Below are positions 1 through 14,900 of a DNA stretch of 64,000 nucleotides, one piece after another (position 1 is the first letter of the stretch; every line of letters starts with the position of its first letter). The translations under genes and the position numbers were made by a program. The DNA is from Raja brachyura (Eukaryota), in assembly GCA_963514005.1 (NCBI GenBank), contig OY740799.1, positions 33,232,001 through 33,296,000 on the forward strand, given 5' to 3'. The notes under the pieces were generated by a model. The model had not been told where the DNA came from. It saw only the letters and a program-made list of their open reading frames with translations, and searched no databases.

Positions 1-260
1 AGTCTTGAGATTCAAACTAGAATTGTGTTTTAATGCAATGCAAAGGAACGACAGTAATGCCCAAAGTATGTGCTGGAGTTGAAACACATACAAATATTAC
101 TGCTGAATGTAGTATGGATTGTATATTTGCAGTGACTATGTTGAAATATTATTCCACAACTTCTTTTAATTTGTGCAATATATGTTCATTTTGTTACTCC
201 TCTCTCAAATGTGTAATTCTTCAAGTTGAATGTAAAGGTCGTGTATGTATGTGTTTACAG

Positions 261-2991
261 AAAGAACTACACCAACAGCGACAACAACAACAGAATCTAC
301 CACCAGTCCCACAACTGGTGAGTGATAACTACTCTCAATGTAAACCCATGGGTTTTTATATCACAGCTAAGCTCATAAACATTATTTTCAGTTGCACTAC
401 TTTCCCTTCCTATCTTCAATTTCACTTCATCCATAACAGATGAGTGATCACCTCTGTCAGTATATACTCACTGGCTGTTGGATTTGGTTGTTCAATTAAA
501 ACTTCTACTCATCTTCAGTGAAAGTCTAATAATTTGACCTTTCCACTACAATTTCCAATAACAAGCATTGGTCTAAATATTGAATGAAGGGTCCTGAAAT
601 TTATTTCTGCAGACAATTATTAGAATCCTCTTCTTTAAATGATGGCAACTATGATGATCAGCCAGCCTGTGTGAGTCTCAATAAAGCATCTCTCATGGGT
701 AATTAAGCTATGTAATTCATAATAAAAGTGCAATGGTAGGTTTTCTGGTGATTGCCATAAATAAGTGGGTACACCACACTGAAATGCATTGAAGTCTTTG
801 AGGGAATGAAAACTGAGCAAAAATCGTGCAGGACTATACTATTTTGTTGCTGCTGCATCTCTACTCGTGATGGTTCTGCAGAGAAGAAAATAATTTTTCC
901 ATGTCTAAATTGTTTTCACATTTCTCAATAATTTCTCAGCATTACACTTGAAAGTTCCAAGTGATCAACAGTATGTTAAGTGCAGTTACCACACTTGCTC
1001 ACAAAATAATGTTCTATTGAAAGTATGGTTTCCTTGTGATGCAGATAAATCACCCAGCACATTATATTGCTGAATGGAGTATGGTTATCATTTTGAAGCC
1101 ATTTGCTGAAATTATGTTACACAATCATTTATCCGGCTAATTTTCTACTTCCTCAGTTGTGCCATTCATCGTTGAATGGTCATGAATGCTTTTACTTTCT
1201 TAAGAAACAATAACAGTATCAACCATAACTGAGTTTACCACCAGTCAGATAACTGGTGGGTGATGCCTTCATTCAATATTAATTCATGGATATTTTAAAG
1301 CAACTATCCTTTTAAGCACTGCAAGCTTGAACTTTATTGGCTTGCCACAATCGTTTTAATTTCAGCGCAGTAGAGTTCTATCCTTCTCCAGAATCTTAAG
1401 GGTTCACTCGAGGTTGGTGATATGGCACAGAACAGATCAAATATATCTCCTTCATCAACATTCGGAATTATTTCTGTATCAAGCACTGGAAATTTGGGTT
1501 GCCATACAGCCATACGAATAAAAAAGGAACACAACACACGATAGAATTTAACATAGACATCCCCACACAGCAGAATCAACGTTTCCCACTGTGAGGGAAG
1601 GCAATAAAGTTCAGCCATCTTCCTCTTTGTTTACCCGTGGTCGGGGGCCCCAATGTTCAGGCCCTCGCCGGGATGATCGGAACTCCGACGTCGGAATGGA
1701 GAACTCTCTCAGCGACTTGGAGTTCCGAACCGGCCACCTACTGGAGACCAGGGCTCCCGATGTCCACAGGCCGTGCTTGGCGGAGATTCACACTGGCGTC
1801 CTCGCCAAAGGGACCACCAGGACTCCGCGATGTTGTTCAGCATTGCCTGCGGCTAGAAGCTCCGCAACCATAGTTCTACGATGTTAAAACAGTAGGCCCA
1901 ATGCTCCGGAGCTTCATCAAACGATCCCCAGTAAGGAACAGACAGCTCCACTCAGAGGTGTTAATTCAGTGCTGCGTCGCTGTTGAAGCTCTGGTCGGTC
2001 TCCGGAAGGAACGGCCGCGCCAATCCAGTTTGTCTGCCGCGAGGAGTGGGCGAAGATGAGAATAGTCGCATCCTCGCCAGGAAGAGACTGAGAAAAGATT
2101 CCCCACCCCCCTACCCTGACCCACTACCCCACATAAAAAGACTAAGAATACCTCCAAAACATACTTTTAAACAGACTAAAAATAACAAAAAGATGAAAAA
2201 AAAAGACAGAATGCAAACAGAGGCTGCCTTCAAATGGCGCCCCCCTGTGGTAATGTAAATGTAATCATACAACTGAAATCTGAGATACCATATTGGAGAG
2301 AGATTAAAGACCAAATGTGATATACAAAACCAGCTGATTATCTGAAAGCTAAATTTACTCTTGGGTCCTAAAGCCATATGCGTAGTTGGAAAATGAGGTA
2401 CTGTAACTTACACTGAGTACTGAACTTTATTGGAAATGTGTTGGAGATACAAAGTGGAAACGTAGGGAACATTTAAATGACTGACATATAAAATCTCATA
2501 AATAACATATACTACAGTAAATCTGTTTTGGTCTCCACTCTGCTGTGGATCCTCCCTTTCCTTTTCTTGTATACTCACTGCCTATCCTGATTATTTTTAA
2601 GATTTTATTTGTTTCTTTGCAGTAACACTTTTTCCAGACATACCCCTTGTTCTTTCTTCTCCTTTCCTTCCATCTTTCAGTCACTATTTGGGTCACTCAA
2701 TCTCACCTGGTCTCCAGCCCATCACATCATCCCCTATTTCTCTGCACTGTAAATTTTGTTGCATTCTAAATTTTCCAGTACTTATAAAATAGAATCAGTC
2801 TCAAATGTTAATTCTTAACAGATGCTGCTTGACCTACCAAGTACTCCCAGTCATTTGTGCTTTCATTTTTCTTATGTCTGAAATCTGCTTGAGCGGTATA
2901 AGAATTGAGTTGACTTTGTGATTTGAATTTGTTTGTTATTTTCCAGAAGAAACATCAACTGTTACATCAACCAGCATTCCTTCCACAACAG
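261..2991 (+). CDS. PTS microexons, unit A copy 1 (before CysD)
   Basis: 261-317 (ERTTPTATTTTESTTSPTT), 1205-1255 (ETITVSTITEFTTSQIT, weak AAG acceptor), 2947-2991 (EETSTVTSTSIPSTT); all 3n long, phase 1, AG/GT-bounded. Confidence 0.75.
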
Positions 2992-5900
2992 GTAGCTGTT
3001 GGCTTTTTCAATATATATTTATTTTGCAACCTCAACTGATCACAATGAAAATCCATTTGTTTTCTTCTCTATCATCGTCATAAACATCAACGTGCACGGT
3101 GCCTTACAATGCTATGTACGACAGTGATCATAACTTCTACTGAAGTGTGGATGGCCGTTGGCTCGCTTGGAGCTAATCTGCCTTTTGACAGGTCTTGTTT
3201 TTGGTCCTGCAGTGGGTTCACTGCCCCCTCCTCACCTGGCAAACTAGGTGGGGGAGACGGTTTAGTCACCGACTATCCGACCATGGAGCAGGTAGCACGG
3301 GATTACATGGTACCCGTGGCGGGTGGTAATCCCCCCTATCTTCTCTACCTTTTTGATATATTAGACCCTGTTCCCTGTTCCCCATTTTTACTGTCATAAG
3401 TAAAATGTTCGGTCACTCACAATGGCAGCTACTTTTATCATCATGCGGAAATTTGAACTCCCTTCTTTATAAGAATATGATAGGTAACTTCTTTATTTGG
3501 GCATGCGAGGAAACTGTTTGGCCCATTGTGTCCTTTTCAACTTCCAACAGCACAATGTCATGTCCCCTGCTTATTTCCCTGTATTTCTACAACATATTCT
3601 CTTCCACATCCACTCTCCTTTGATTCTTTTGGTATTGGTCTATACAAAGGAATAATTTACAAGAGCCAATTAATCTACCAGCATGTCTCTGGGTGACAGG
3701 AGGAACTCAAGGAAGTACAGGGAGCCAATATGAGCTCCATACAAACAGCACCTAATATCAGGATTGAACTTGGATCTCTCAAGCTTTCAGGCAAAGGCAA
3801 GGCACAGCCTTCCACAGCTTGTTGAGAGTGGTCTTCTTTTCATTATAATCTCTTTCCTCCTTTAACTCTTGATTCTGTTTTATGAATTGACAGCAAACGT
3901 GTTCCTTTATCATATATTATCCTGGAGCAGCTACCTTTTTGCCATTTCCCTCTTGCCCACTAATTAAACTCTTCTGCATATATGTTATACCTTTTCACCA
4001 TATACAGTACGTAGCATGTTTCAAGGTGATATGGTGAGGCAACGCAACTACTCCAATAATGTTCTTCAATAGCACGCTGAGACCAACCCATCAAAGTGGA
4101 AAGAATATCCGGCTGTTAAAATCATGCAATAGTTAGTGCACAGCTGCAGTCAGCTGCCTGATAAGTGACATCTCACGTTTGTGCTTTATGCTTTTTCTCT
4201 ATTGTTCTGTTCTGCACTGGCAATGAATGTTTCCCTACTTGAAGTTGTATCTTAATTCAGATCAATCAACAGTTCCCCAAACATATTGTTATTATTCCCA
4301 TTTTACTGTTCCCATTTTCATTTAAACTGTAATTTGTAAGATTCATTTTGATGCACAACCATGTTTCTCAAATCTTGTTTTTTATATTTATGTTTATATT
4401 TTCCACTATGTAGTGTTTTTTTACAAGTTTGCCTTATGTTTTCTTTCTTTACATTACAGTGCCATACTGTTTGGGTGTATGGTCTCCTTGGTCTAATAAT
4501 GATACACCAACACCGTCATCTCCAAATGATTATGAATTGTTGATACCATATGGCACTCAATTGTGCCCATCTTCTTCTGATAAAATTACCACCATTCAGT
4601 GCCAATTTGCCAAACATCCTGAATGGCCACTAAGTGTATCGCCAGATGTTGTGACCTGCAATAAAGAGATAGGATTGATGTGCACATTCTCTGGATCTCC
4701 TTCTGGCCACTTTTGTAATGACTACAGAATTAGAGTTTGCTGCGAGCCAACTGAGACTACAACTGTCCCCACGACTACAACTGAGTCTACCACCAGTCCC
4801 ACGATTGGTGAGTGATACCTTCTCCAGTACTTGTTAACAGTCGTTTTAAAGGAAGGACAACTGTGTCCAAAGTATGTCCAGCTTGTGCTGGAATTGAACC
4901 AAATACAAATATTACTGCTCAATGTTGCGATGATTATAAATTTGCAGTGGCTTTTGTTGAAGTTATTCCACAACTTCTCTTTAATCAATATATGCTGATT
5001 TTGTTACTACACTTCCAAATGTGCCTTTCTTCGTTGAATATAAAAGACATGTATGCATTTGTTTACAGAAGAAACAACAACAACAACAACAACAGCTACG
5101 ACCACCACAGAATCTACCACCAGTCCTACAACTGGTAAGTGATATCTTATCTCAATGTGCACTCATAGTTTTTTTTTAATCACAGCTGAGCTCATACACA
5201 CACGTTCCCATCCTTGCTTCAAGTTTTGCAATTTCATGATCCCATTTTAGAGTCTGTGGGTTCAGTCTTGATGGTCCTCTGATGCTGGATAGAGGTAGTG
5301 CAGCACTGACAATACTGTGCTGTTCAGCTTGAGATTTTGAGCTGGGTTTGTGAGTGTGCTGTTGTGACTGCGGTATATTTTGTGGCCAATAGCAAAGAAC
5401 AGAAACATCTCTCAACTACCATGAATAATAACGATGATTACAACAAAATTTCTCAGGAAATATTTTTAAGTTCTATAGTTTATCGGATGTAGATATGAAT
5501 AAGTAGTTTCTGGTGTTCCCTATATTTCAGCTGTGACCATATTTTAATACAATTTCTTGCTGCAAGTCCTTTGCAAGATAGGAAGTATTGAAAGGAGTTT
5601 ATCTCGACTTTACACAATCTCTTTTGAAATAGTCCAATTACCACCTGCATTTGTCGGTCATTCAAAATCTACGATTCAACATGGATGATTTAATTGTCCA
5701 TGAATTTGTTTCTCTTTCGAAGAAACATCTACAACAACCAGCACAACTGAGTCCACAACCACTTCCACAACTGGTGGGTGGTGATATTTTCATTTGTAAA
5801 TCTTTTTAACACAAGCTCACCTATACATATACATACTATATCACATAATTTAAAACAAATGTAATGCCTTGGTAGACAAAAATGCTGGAGAAACTCAGCA

Positions 5901-8900
5901 GGTGCAGCAACATCTATGCAGCGAAGGATATAGGCAACGTTTCGGGCCGAAACCCTTCTTCAGACCCTTTCGGCCCGAAGCGTTGCCTATTTCCTTCACT
6001 CCATAGATGCTGCTGCACCCGCTGAGTTTCACCAACATTTTTGTCTACCTTCGATTTTCCAGCATCTACAGTTCCTTCGTAAATAAATGTAATGCCTTTA
6101 TTATTTTCCAGAAGAAACCACTCCCACGGTGACACCAAGCACCACCACCACCTACACAACAGGTGAGTGATCACCTCTGTCAGTAGCTTATTACCAGCCG
6201 TAACGTTCAGTCATTCAATTTCAACTTCTGCTTGCCTTCAGTTTAATCATTCTTCAACTTGCATGTAATGCTTTTATTTGCAGAAAAAACAACAATAACA
6301 ACGCCAGGGCCACCCACAACCACGTCTACCACCAGCCCCACAACTGGTGAGTAATGCATTTTATCAATCATTTTAACACAAATATGCTCACAGTACCACT
6401 TGCAGGTTGTGACAATGATGATCACTCTTGCCTTGTGCAACACAATTTTACCTCAGCAGCTCATGGGATGTTATCGAATTTCAAAGTCTTGAGATTCAAA
6501 CTAGAATTGTGTTTTAATGCAATGCAAAGGAACGACAGTAATGCCCAAAGTATGTGCTGGAGTTGAAACACATACAAATATTACTGGTGAATGTAGTATG
6601 GATTGTATATTTGCAGTGACTATGTTGAAATATTATTCCACAACTTCTTTTAATTTGTGCAATATATGTTCATTTTGTTACTCCTCTCTCAAATGTGTAA
6701 TTCTTCAAGTTGAATGTAAAGGCCGTGTATGTATGTGTTTACAGAAAGAACTACACCAACAGCGACAACAACAACAGAATCTACCACCAGTCCCACAACT
6801 GGTGAGTGATAACTACTCTCAATGTAAACCCATGGGTTTTTATATCACAGCTAAGCTCATAAACATTATTTTCAGTTGCACTACTTTCCCTTCCTTTCTT
6901 CAATTTCACTTCATCCATAACAGATGAGTGATCGCCTCTGTCAGTATATACTCACTGGCTGTTGGATTTGGTTGTTCAATTGAAACTTCTACTCATCTTC
7001 AGTGAAAGTCTAATAATTTGACCTTTCCACTACAATTTCCAATAACAAGCATTGGTCTAAATATTGAATGAAGGGTCCTGAAATTTATTTCTGCAGACAA
7101 TTATTAGAATCCTCTTCTTTAAATGATGGCTACTATGATGATCAGCCAGCCTGTGTGAGTCAATAAAGCATCTCTCATGGGTAATTAAGCTATGTAATTC
7201 ATAATAAAAGTGCAATGGTAGGTTTTCTGGTGATTGCCATAAATAAGTGGGTACACCACACTGAAATGCATTGAAGTCTTTGAGGGAATGAAAACTGAGC
7301 AAAAATCGTGCAGGACTATACTATTTTGTTGCTGCTGCATCTCCACTCGTGATGGTTCTGCAGAGAAGAAAATAATTTTTCCATGTCTAAATTGTTTTCA
7401 CATTTCTCAATAATTTCTCAGCATTACACTTGAAAGTTCCAAGTGATCAACAGTATGTTAAGTGCAGTTACCACGCTTGCTCACAAAATAATGTTCTATT
7501 GAAAGTATGATTTCCTTGTGATGCAGATAAATCACCCAGCACATTATATTGCTGAATGGAGTATGGTTATCATTTTGAAGCCATTTGCTGAAATTATGTT
7601 ACACAATCATTTATCCGGCTAATTTTCTACTTCCTCAGTTGTGCCATTCATCGTTGAATGGTCATGAATGCTTTTATTTTCTTAAGAAACAATAACAGTA
7701 TCAACCATAACTGAGTTTACCACCAGTCAGATAACTGGTGGGTGATGCCTTCATTCAATATTAATTCATGGATATTTTAAAGCAACTATCCTTTTAAGCA
7801 CTGCAAGCTTGAACTTTATTGGCTTGCCACAATCGTTTTAATTTCAGCGCAGTAGAGTTCTATCCTTCTCCAGAATCTTAAGGGTTCACTCGAGGTTGGT
7901 GATATGGCACAGAACAGATCAAATATATCTCCTTCATTAACATTCGGAATTATTTCTGTATCAAGCACTGGAAATTTGGGTTGCCATACAGCCATACGAA
8001 TAAAAAAGGAACACAACACACGATAGAATTTAACATAGACATCCCCACACAGCAGAATCAACGTTTCCCACTGTGAGGGAAGGCAATAAAGTTCAGCCAT
8101 CTTCCTCTTTGTTTACCCGTGGTCGGGGGCCCCAATGTTCAGGCCCTCGCCGGGATGATCGGAACTCCGACGTCGGAATGGAGAACTCTCTCAGCGACTT
8201 GGAGTTCCGAACCGGCCACCTACCGGAGACCAGGGCTCCCGATGTCCACAGGCCGTGCTTGGCGGAGATTCACACTGGCGTCCTCGCCAAAGGGACCACC
8301 AGGACTCCGCGATGTTGTTCAGCATTGCCTGCGGCTAGAAGCTCCGCAACCATAGTTCTACGATGTTAAAACAGTAGGCCCAATGCTCCGGAGCTTCATC
8401 AAACGATCCCCAGTAAGGAACAGACAGCTCCACTCAGAGGTGTTAATTCAGTGCTGCGTCGCTGTTGAAGCTCTGGTCGGTCTCCGGAAGGAACGGCCGC
8501 GCCAATCCAGTTTGTCTGCCGCGAGGAGTGGGCGAAGATGAGAATAGTCGCATCCTCGCCAGGAAGAGACTGAGAAAAGGTTCCCCACCCCCCTACCCTG
8601 ACCCACTACCCCACATAAAAAGACTAAGAATACCTCCAAAACATACTTTTAAACAGACTAAAAATAACAAAAAGATGAAAAAAAAAGACAGAATGCAAAC
8701 AGAGGCTGCCTTCAAATGGCGCCCCCTGTGGTAATGTAAATGTAATCATACAACTGAAATCTGAGATACCATATTGGAGAGAGATTAAAGACCAAATGTG
8801 ATATACAAACCAGCTGATTATCTGAAAGCTAAATTTACTCTTGGGTCCTAAAGCCATATGCGTAGTTGGAAAATGAGGTACTGTAACTTACACTGAGTAC

Positions 8901-11900
8901 TGAACTTTATTGGAAATGTGTTGGAGATACAAAGTGGAAACGTAGGGAACATTTAAATGACTGACATATAAAATCTCATAAATAACATATACTACAGTAA
9001 ATCTGTTTTGGTCTCCACTCTGCTGTGGACCCTCCCTTTCCTTTTCTTGTATATTCACTGCCTATCCTGATTATTTTTAAGATTTTATTTGTTTCTTTGC
9101 AGTAACACTTTTTCCAGACATACCCCTTGTTCTTTCTTCTCCTTTCCTTCCATCTTTCAGTCACTATTTGGGTCACTCAATCTCTCCTGGTCTCCAGCCC
9201 ATCACATCATCCCCTATTTCTCTGCACTGTAAATTTTGTTGCATTCTAAATTTTCCAGTACTTATAAAATAGAATCAGTCTCAAATGTTAATTCTTAACA
9301 GATGCTGCTTGACCTACCAAGTACTCCCAGTCATTTCTGCTTTCATTTTTCTTATGTCTGAAATCTGCTTGAGCGGTATAAGAATTGAGTTGACTTTGTG
9401 ATTTGAATTTGTTTGTTATTTTCCAGAAGAAACATCAACTGTTACATCAACCAGCATTCCTTCCACAACAGGTAGGTGTTGGCTTTTTCAATATATATAT
9501 ATATTTTGCAACCTCAACTGATCACAATGAAAATCCATTTGTTTTCTTCTCTATCATCGTCATCGTTGAAAACATCAACGTGCACGGTGCCTTACAATGC
9601 TATGTACGACAGTGATCATAACTTCTACTGAAGTGTGGATGGCCGTTGGCTCGCTTGGAGCTAATCTGCCTTTTGACAGGTCTTGTTTTTGGTCCTGCAG
9701 TGGGTTCACTGCCCCCTCCTCACCTGGCAAACTAGGTGGGGGAGACAGTTTAGTCACCGACTATCCGACCATGGAGCAGGTAGCACGGGATTACATGGTA
9801 CCCGTGGCGGGTGGTAATCCCCCCTATCTTCTCTACCTTTTTGATATATTAGACCCTGTTCCCTGTTCCCCATTTTTACTGTCATAAGTAAAATGTTCGG
9901 TCACTCACAATGGCAGCTACTTTTATCATCATGCAGATATTTGAACTCCCTTCTTTATAAGAATATGATAGGTAACTTCTTTATTTGGGCATGCGAGGAA
10001 ACTGTTTGGCCCATTGTGTCCTTTTCAACTTCCAACAGCACAATGTCATGTCCCCTGCTTATTTCCCTGTATTTCTACAACATATTCTCTTCCACATCCA
10101 CTCTCCTTTGATTCTTTTGGTATTGGTCTATACAAAGGAATAATTTACAAGAGCCAATTAATCTACCAGCATGTCTCTGGGTGACAGGAGGAACTCAAGG
10201 AAGTACAGGGAGCCAATATGAGCTCCATACAAACAGCACCTAATATCAGGATTGAACTTGGATCTCTCAAGCTTTCAGGCAAAGGCAAGGCACAGCCTTC
10301 CACAGCTTGTTGAGAGTGGTCTTCTTTTCATTATAATCTCTTTCCTCCTTTAACTCTTGATTCTGTTTTATGAATTGACAGCAAACGTGTTCCTTTATCA
10401 TATATTATCCTGGAGCAGCTACCTTTTTGCCATTTCCCTCTTGCCCACTAATTAAACTCTTCTGCATATATGTTATACCTTTTCACCATATACAGTACGT
10501 AGCATGTTTCAAGGTGATATGGTGAGGCAACGCAACTACTCCAATAATGTTCTTCAATAGCACGCTGAGACCAACCCATCAAAGTGGAAAGAATATCCGG
10601 CTGTTAAAATCATGCAATAGTTAGTGCACAGCTGCAGTCAGCTGCCTGATAAGTGACATCTCACGTTTGTGCTTTATGCTTTTTCTCTATTGTTCTGTTC
10701 TGCACTGACAATGAATGTTTCCCTACTTGAAGTTGTATCTTAATTCAGATCAATCAACAGTTCCCCAAACATATTGTTATTATTCCCATTTTACTGTTCC
10801 CATTTTCATTTAAACTGTAATTTGTAAGATTCATTTTGATGCACAACCATGTTTCTCAAATCTTGTTTTTTATATTTATGTTTATATTTTCCACTATGTA
10901 GTGTTTTTTTACAAGTTTGCCTTATGTTTTCTTTCTTTACATTACAGTGCCATACTGTTTGGGTGTATGGTCTCCTTGGTCTAATAATGATACACCAACA
11001 CCGTCATCTCCAAATGATTATGAATTGTTGATACCATATGGCACTCAATTGTGCCCATCTTCTTCTGATAAAATTACCACCATTCAGTGCCAATTTGCCA
11101 AACATCCTGAATGGCCACTAAGTGTATCGCCAGATGTTGTGACCTGCAATAAAGAGATAGGATTGATGTGCACATTCTCTGGATCTCCTTCTGGCCACTT
11201 TTGTAATGACTACAGAATTAGAGTTTGCTGCGAGCCAACTGAGACTACAACTGTCCCCACGACTACAACTGAGTCTACCACCAGTCCCACGACTGGTGAG
11301 TGATACCTTCTCCAGTACTTGTTAACAGTCGTTTTAAAGGAAGGACAACTGTGTCCAAAGTATGTCCAGCTTGTGCTGGAATTGAACCAAATACAAATAT
11401 TACTGCTCAATGTTGCGATGATTATAAATTTGCAGTGGCTTTTGTTGAAGTTATTCCACAACTTCTCTTTAATCAATATATGCTGATTTTGTTACTACAC
11501 TTCCAAATGTGCCTTTCTTCGTTGAATATAAAGGACATGTATGCATTTGTTTACAGAAGAAACAACAACAACAACAACAGCCACGACCACCACAGAATCT
11601 ACCACCAGTCCTACAACTGGTAAGTGATATCTTATCTCAATGTGCACTCATAGTTTTTTTTTATCACAGCTGAGCTCATACACACACGTTCCCATCCTTG
11701 CTTCAAGTTTCGCAATTTCATGATCCCATTTTAGAGTCTGTGGGTTCAGTCTTGATGGTCCTCTGATGCTGGATAGAGGTAGTGCAGCACTGACAATACT
11801 GTGCTGTTCAGCTTGAGATTTTGAGCTGGGTTTGTGAGTGTGCTGTTGTGACTGCGGTATATTTTGTGGCCAATAGCAAAGAACAGAAACATCTCTCAAC

Positions 11901-14900
11901 TACCATGAATAATAACGATGATTACAACAAAATTTCTCAGGAAATATTTTTAAGTTCTATAGTTTATCGGATGTAGATATGAATAAGTAGTTTCTGGTGT
12001 TCCCTACATTTCAGCTGTGACCATATTTTAATACAATTTCTTGCTGCAAGTCCTTTGCAAGATAGGAAGTATTGAAAGGAGTTTATCTCGACTTTACACA
12101 ATCTCTTTTGAAATAGTCCAATTACCACCTGCATTTGTCGGTCATTCAAAATCTACGATTCAACATGGATGATTTAATTGTCCATGAATTTGTTTCTCTT
12201 TCGAAGAAACATCTACAACAACCAGCACAACTGAGTCCACAACCACTTCCACAACTGGTGGGTGGTGATATTTTCATTTGTAAATCTTTTTAACACAAGC
12301 TCACCTATACATATACATACTATATCACATAATTTAAAACAAATGTAATGCCTTGGTAGACAAAAATGCTGGAGAAACTCAGCAGGTGCAGCAACATCTA
12401 TGCAGCGAAGGATATAGGCAACGTTTCGGGCCGAAACCCTTCTTCAGACCCTTTCGGCCCGAAGCGTTGCCTATTTCCTTCACTCCATAGATGCTGCTGC
12501 ACCCGCTGAGTTTCACCAACATTTTTGTCTACCTTCGATTTTCCAGCATCTACAGTTCCTTCGTAAATAAATGTAATGCCTTTATTATTTTCCAGAAGAA
12601 ACCACTCCCACGGTGACACCAAGCACCACCACCACCTACACAACAGGTGAGTGATCACCTCTGTCAGTAGCTTATTACCAGCCGTAACGTTCAGTCATTC
12701 AATTTCAACTTCTGCTTGCCTTCAGTTTAATCATTCTTCAACTTGCATGTAATGCTTTTATTTGCAGAAAAAACAACAATAACAACGCCAGGGCCACCCA
12801 CAACCACGTCTACCACCAGCCCCACAACTGGTGAGTAATGCATTTTATCAATCATTTTAACACAAATATGCTCACAGTACCACTTGCAGGTTGTGACAAT
12901 GATGATCACTCTTGCCTTGTGCAACACAATTTTACCTCAGCAGCTCATGGGATGTTATCGAATTTCAAAGTCTTGAGATTCAAACTAGAATTGTGTTTTA
13001 ATGCAATGCAAAGGAACGACAGTAATGCCCAAAGTATGTGCTGGAGTTGAAACACATACAAATATTACTGCTGAATGTAGTATGGATTGTATATTTGCAG
13101 TGACTATGTTGAAATATTATTCCACAACTTCTTTTAATTTGTGCAATATATGTTCATTTTGTTACTCCTCTCTCAAATGTGTAATTCTTCAAGTTGAATG
13201 TAAAGGCCGTGTATGTATGTGTTTACAGAAAGAACTACACCAACAGCGACAACAACAACAGAATCTACCACCAGTCCCACAACTGGTGAGTGATAACTAC
13301 TCTCAATGTAAACCCATGGGTTTTTATATCACAGCTAAGCTCATAAACATTATTTTCAGTTGCACTACTTTCCCTTCCTTTCTTCAATTTCACTTCATCC
13401 ATAACAGATGAGTGATCGCCTCTGTCAGTATATACTCACTGGCTGTTGGATTTGGTTGTTCAATTAAAACTTCTACTCATCTTCAGTGAAAGTCTAATAA
13501 TTTGACCTTTCCACTACAATTTCCAATAACAAGCATTGGTCTAAATATTGAATGAAGGGTCCTGAAATTTATTTCTGCAGACAATTATTAGAATCCTCTT
13601 CTTTAAATGGTGGCTACTATGATGATCAGCCAGCCTGTGTGAGTCTCAATAAAGCATCTCTCATGGGTAATTAAGCTATGTAATTCATAATAAAAGTGCA
13701 ATGGTAGGTTTTCTGGTGATTGCTATAAATAAGTGGGTACACCACACTGAAATGCATTGAAGTCTTTGAGGGAATGAAAACTGAGCAAAAATCGTGCAGG
13801 ACTATACTATTTTGTTGCTGCTGCATCTCCACTCGTGATGGTTCTGCAGAGAAGAAAATAATTTTTCCATGTCTAAATTGTTTTCACATTTCTCAATAAT
13901 TTCTCAGCATTACACTTGAAAGTTCCAAGTGATCAACAGTATGTTAAGTGCAGTTACCACGCTTGCTCACAAAATAATGTTCTATTGAAAGTATGATTTC
14001 CTTGTGATGCAGATAAATCACCCAGCACATTATATTGCTGAATGGAGTATGGTTATCATTTTGAAGCCATTTGCTGAAATTATGTTACACAATCATTTAT
14101 CCGGCTAATTTTCTACTTCCTCAGTTGTGCCATTCATCGTTGAATGGTCATGAATGCTTTTATTTTCTTAAGAAACAATAACAGTATCAACCATAACTGA
14201 GTTTACCACCAGTCAGATAACTGGTGGGTGATGCCTTCATTCAATATTAATTCATGGATATTTTAAAGCAACTATCCTTTTAAGCACTGCAAGCTTGAAC
14301 TTTATTGGCTTGCCACAATCGTTTTAATTTCAGCGCAGTAGAGTTCTATCCTTCTCCAGAATCTTAAGGGTTCACTCGAGGTTGGTGATATGGCACAGAA
14401 CAGATCAAATATATCTCCTTCATTAACATTCGGAATTATTTCTGTATCAAGCACTGGAAATTTGGGTTGCCATACAGCCATACGAATAAAAAAGGAACAC
14501 AACACACGATAGAATTTAACATAGACATCCCCACACAGCAGAATCAACGTTTCCCACTGTGAGGGAAGGCAATAAAGTTCAGCCATCTTCCTCTTTGTTT
14601 ACCCGTGGTCGGGGGCCCCAATGTTCAGGCCCTCGCCGGGATGATCGGAACTCCGACGTCGGAATGGAGAACTCTCTCAGCGACTTGGAGTTCCGAACCG
14701 GCCACCTACCGGAGACCAGGGCTCCCGATGTCCACAGGCCGTGCTTGGCGGAGATTCACACTGGCGTCCTCGCCAAAGGGACCACCAGGACTCTGCGATG
14801 TTGTTCAGCATTGCCTGCGGCTAGAAGCTCCGCAACCATAGTTCTACGATGTTAAAACAGTAGGCCCAATGCTCCGGAGCTTCATCAAACGATCCCCAGT

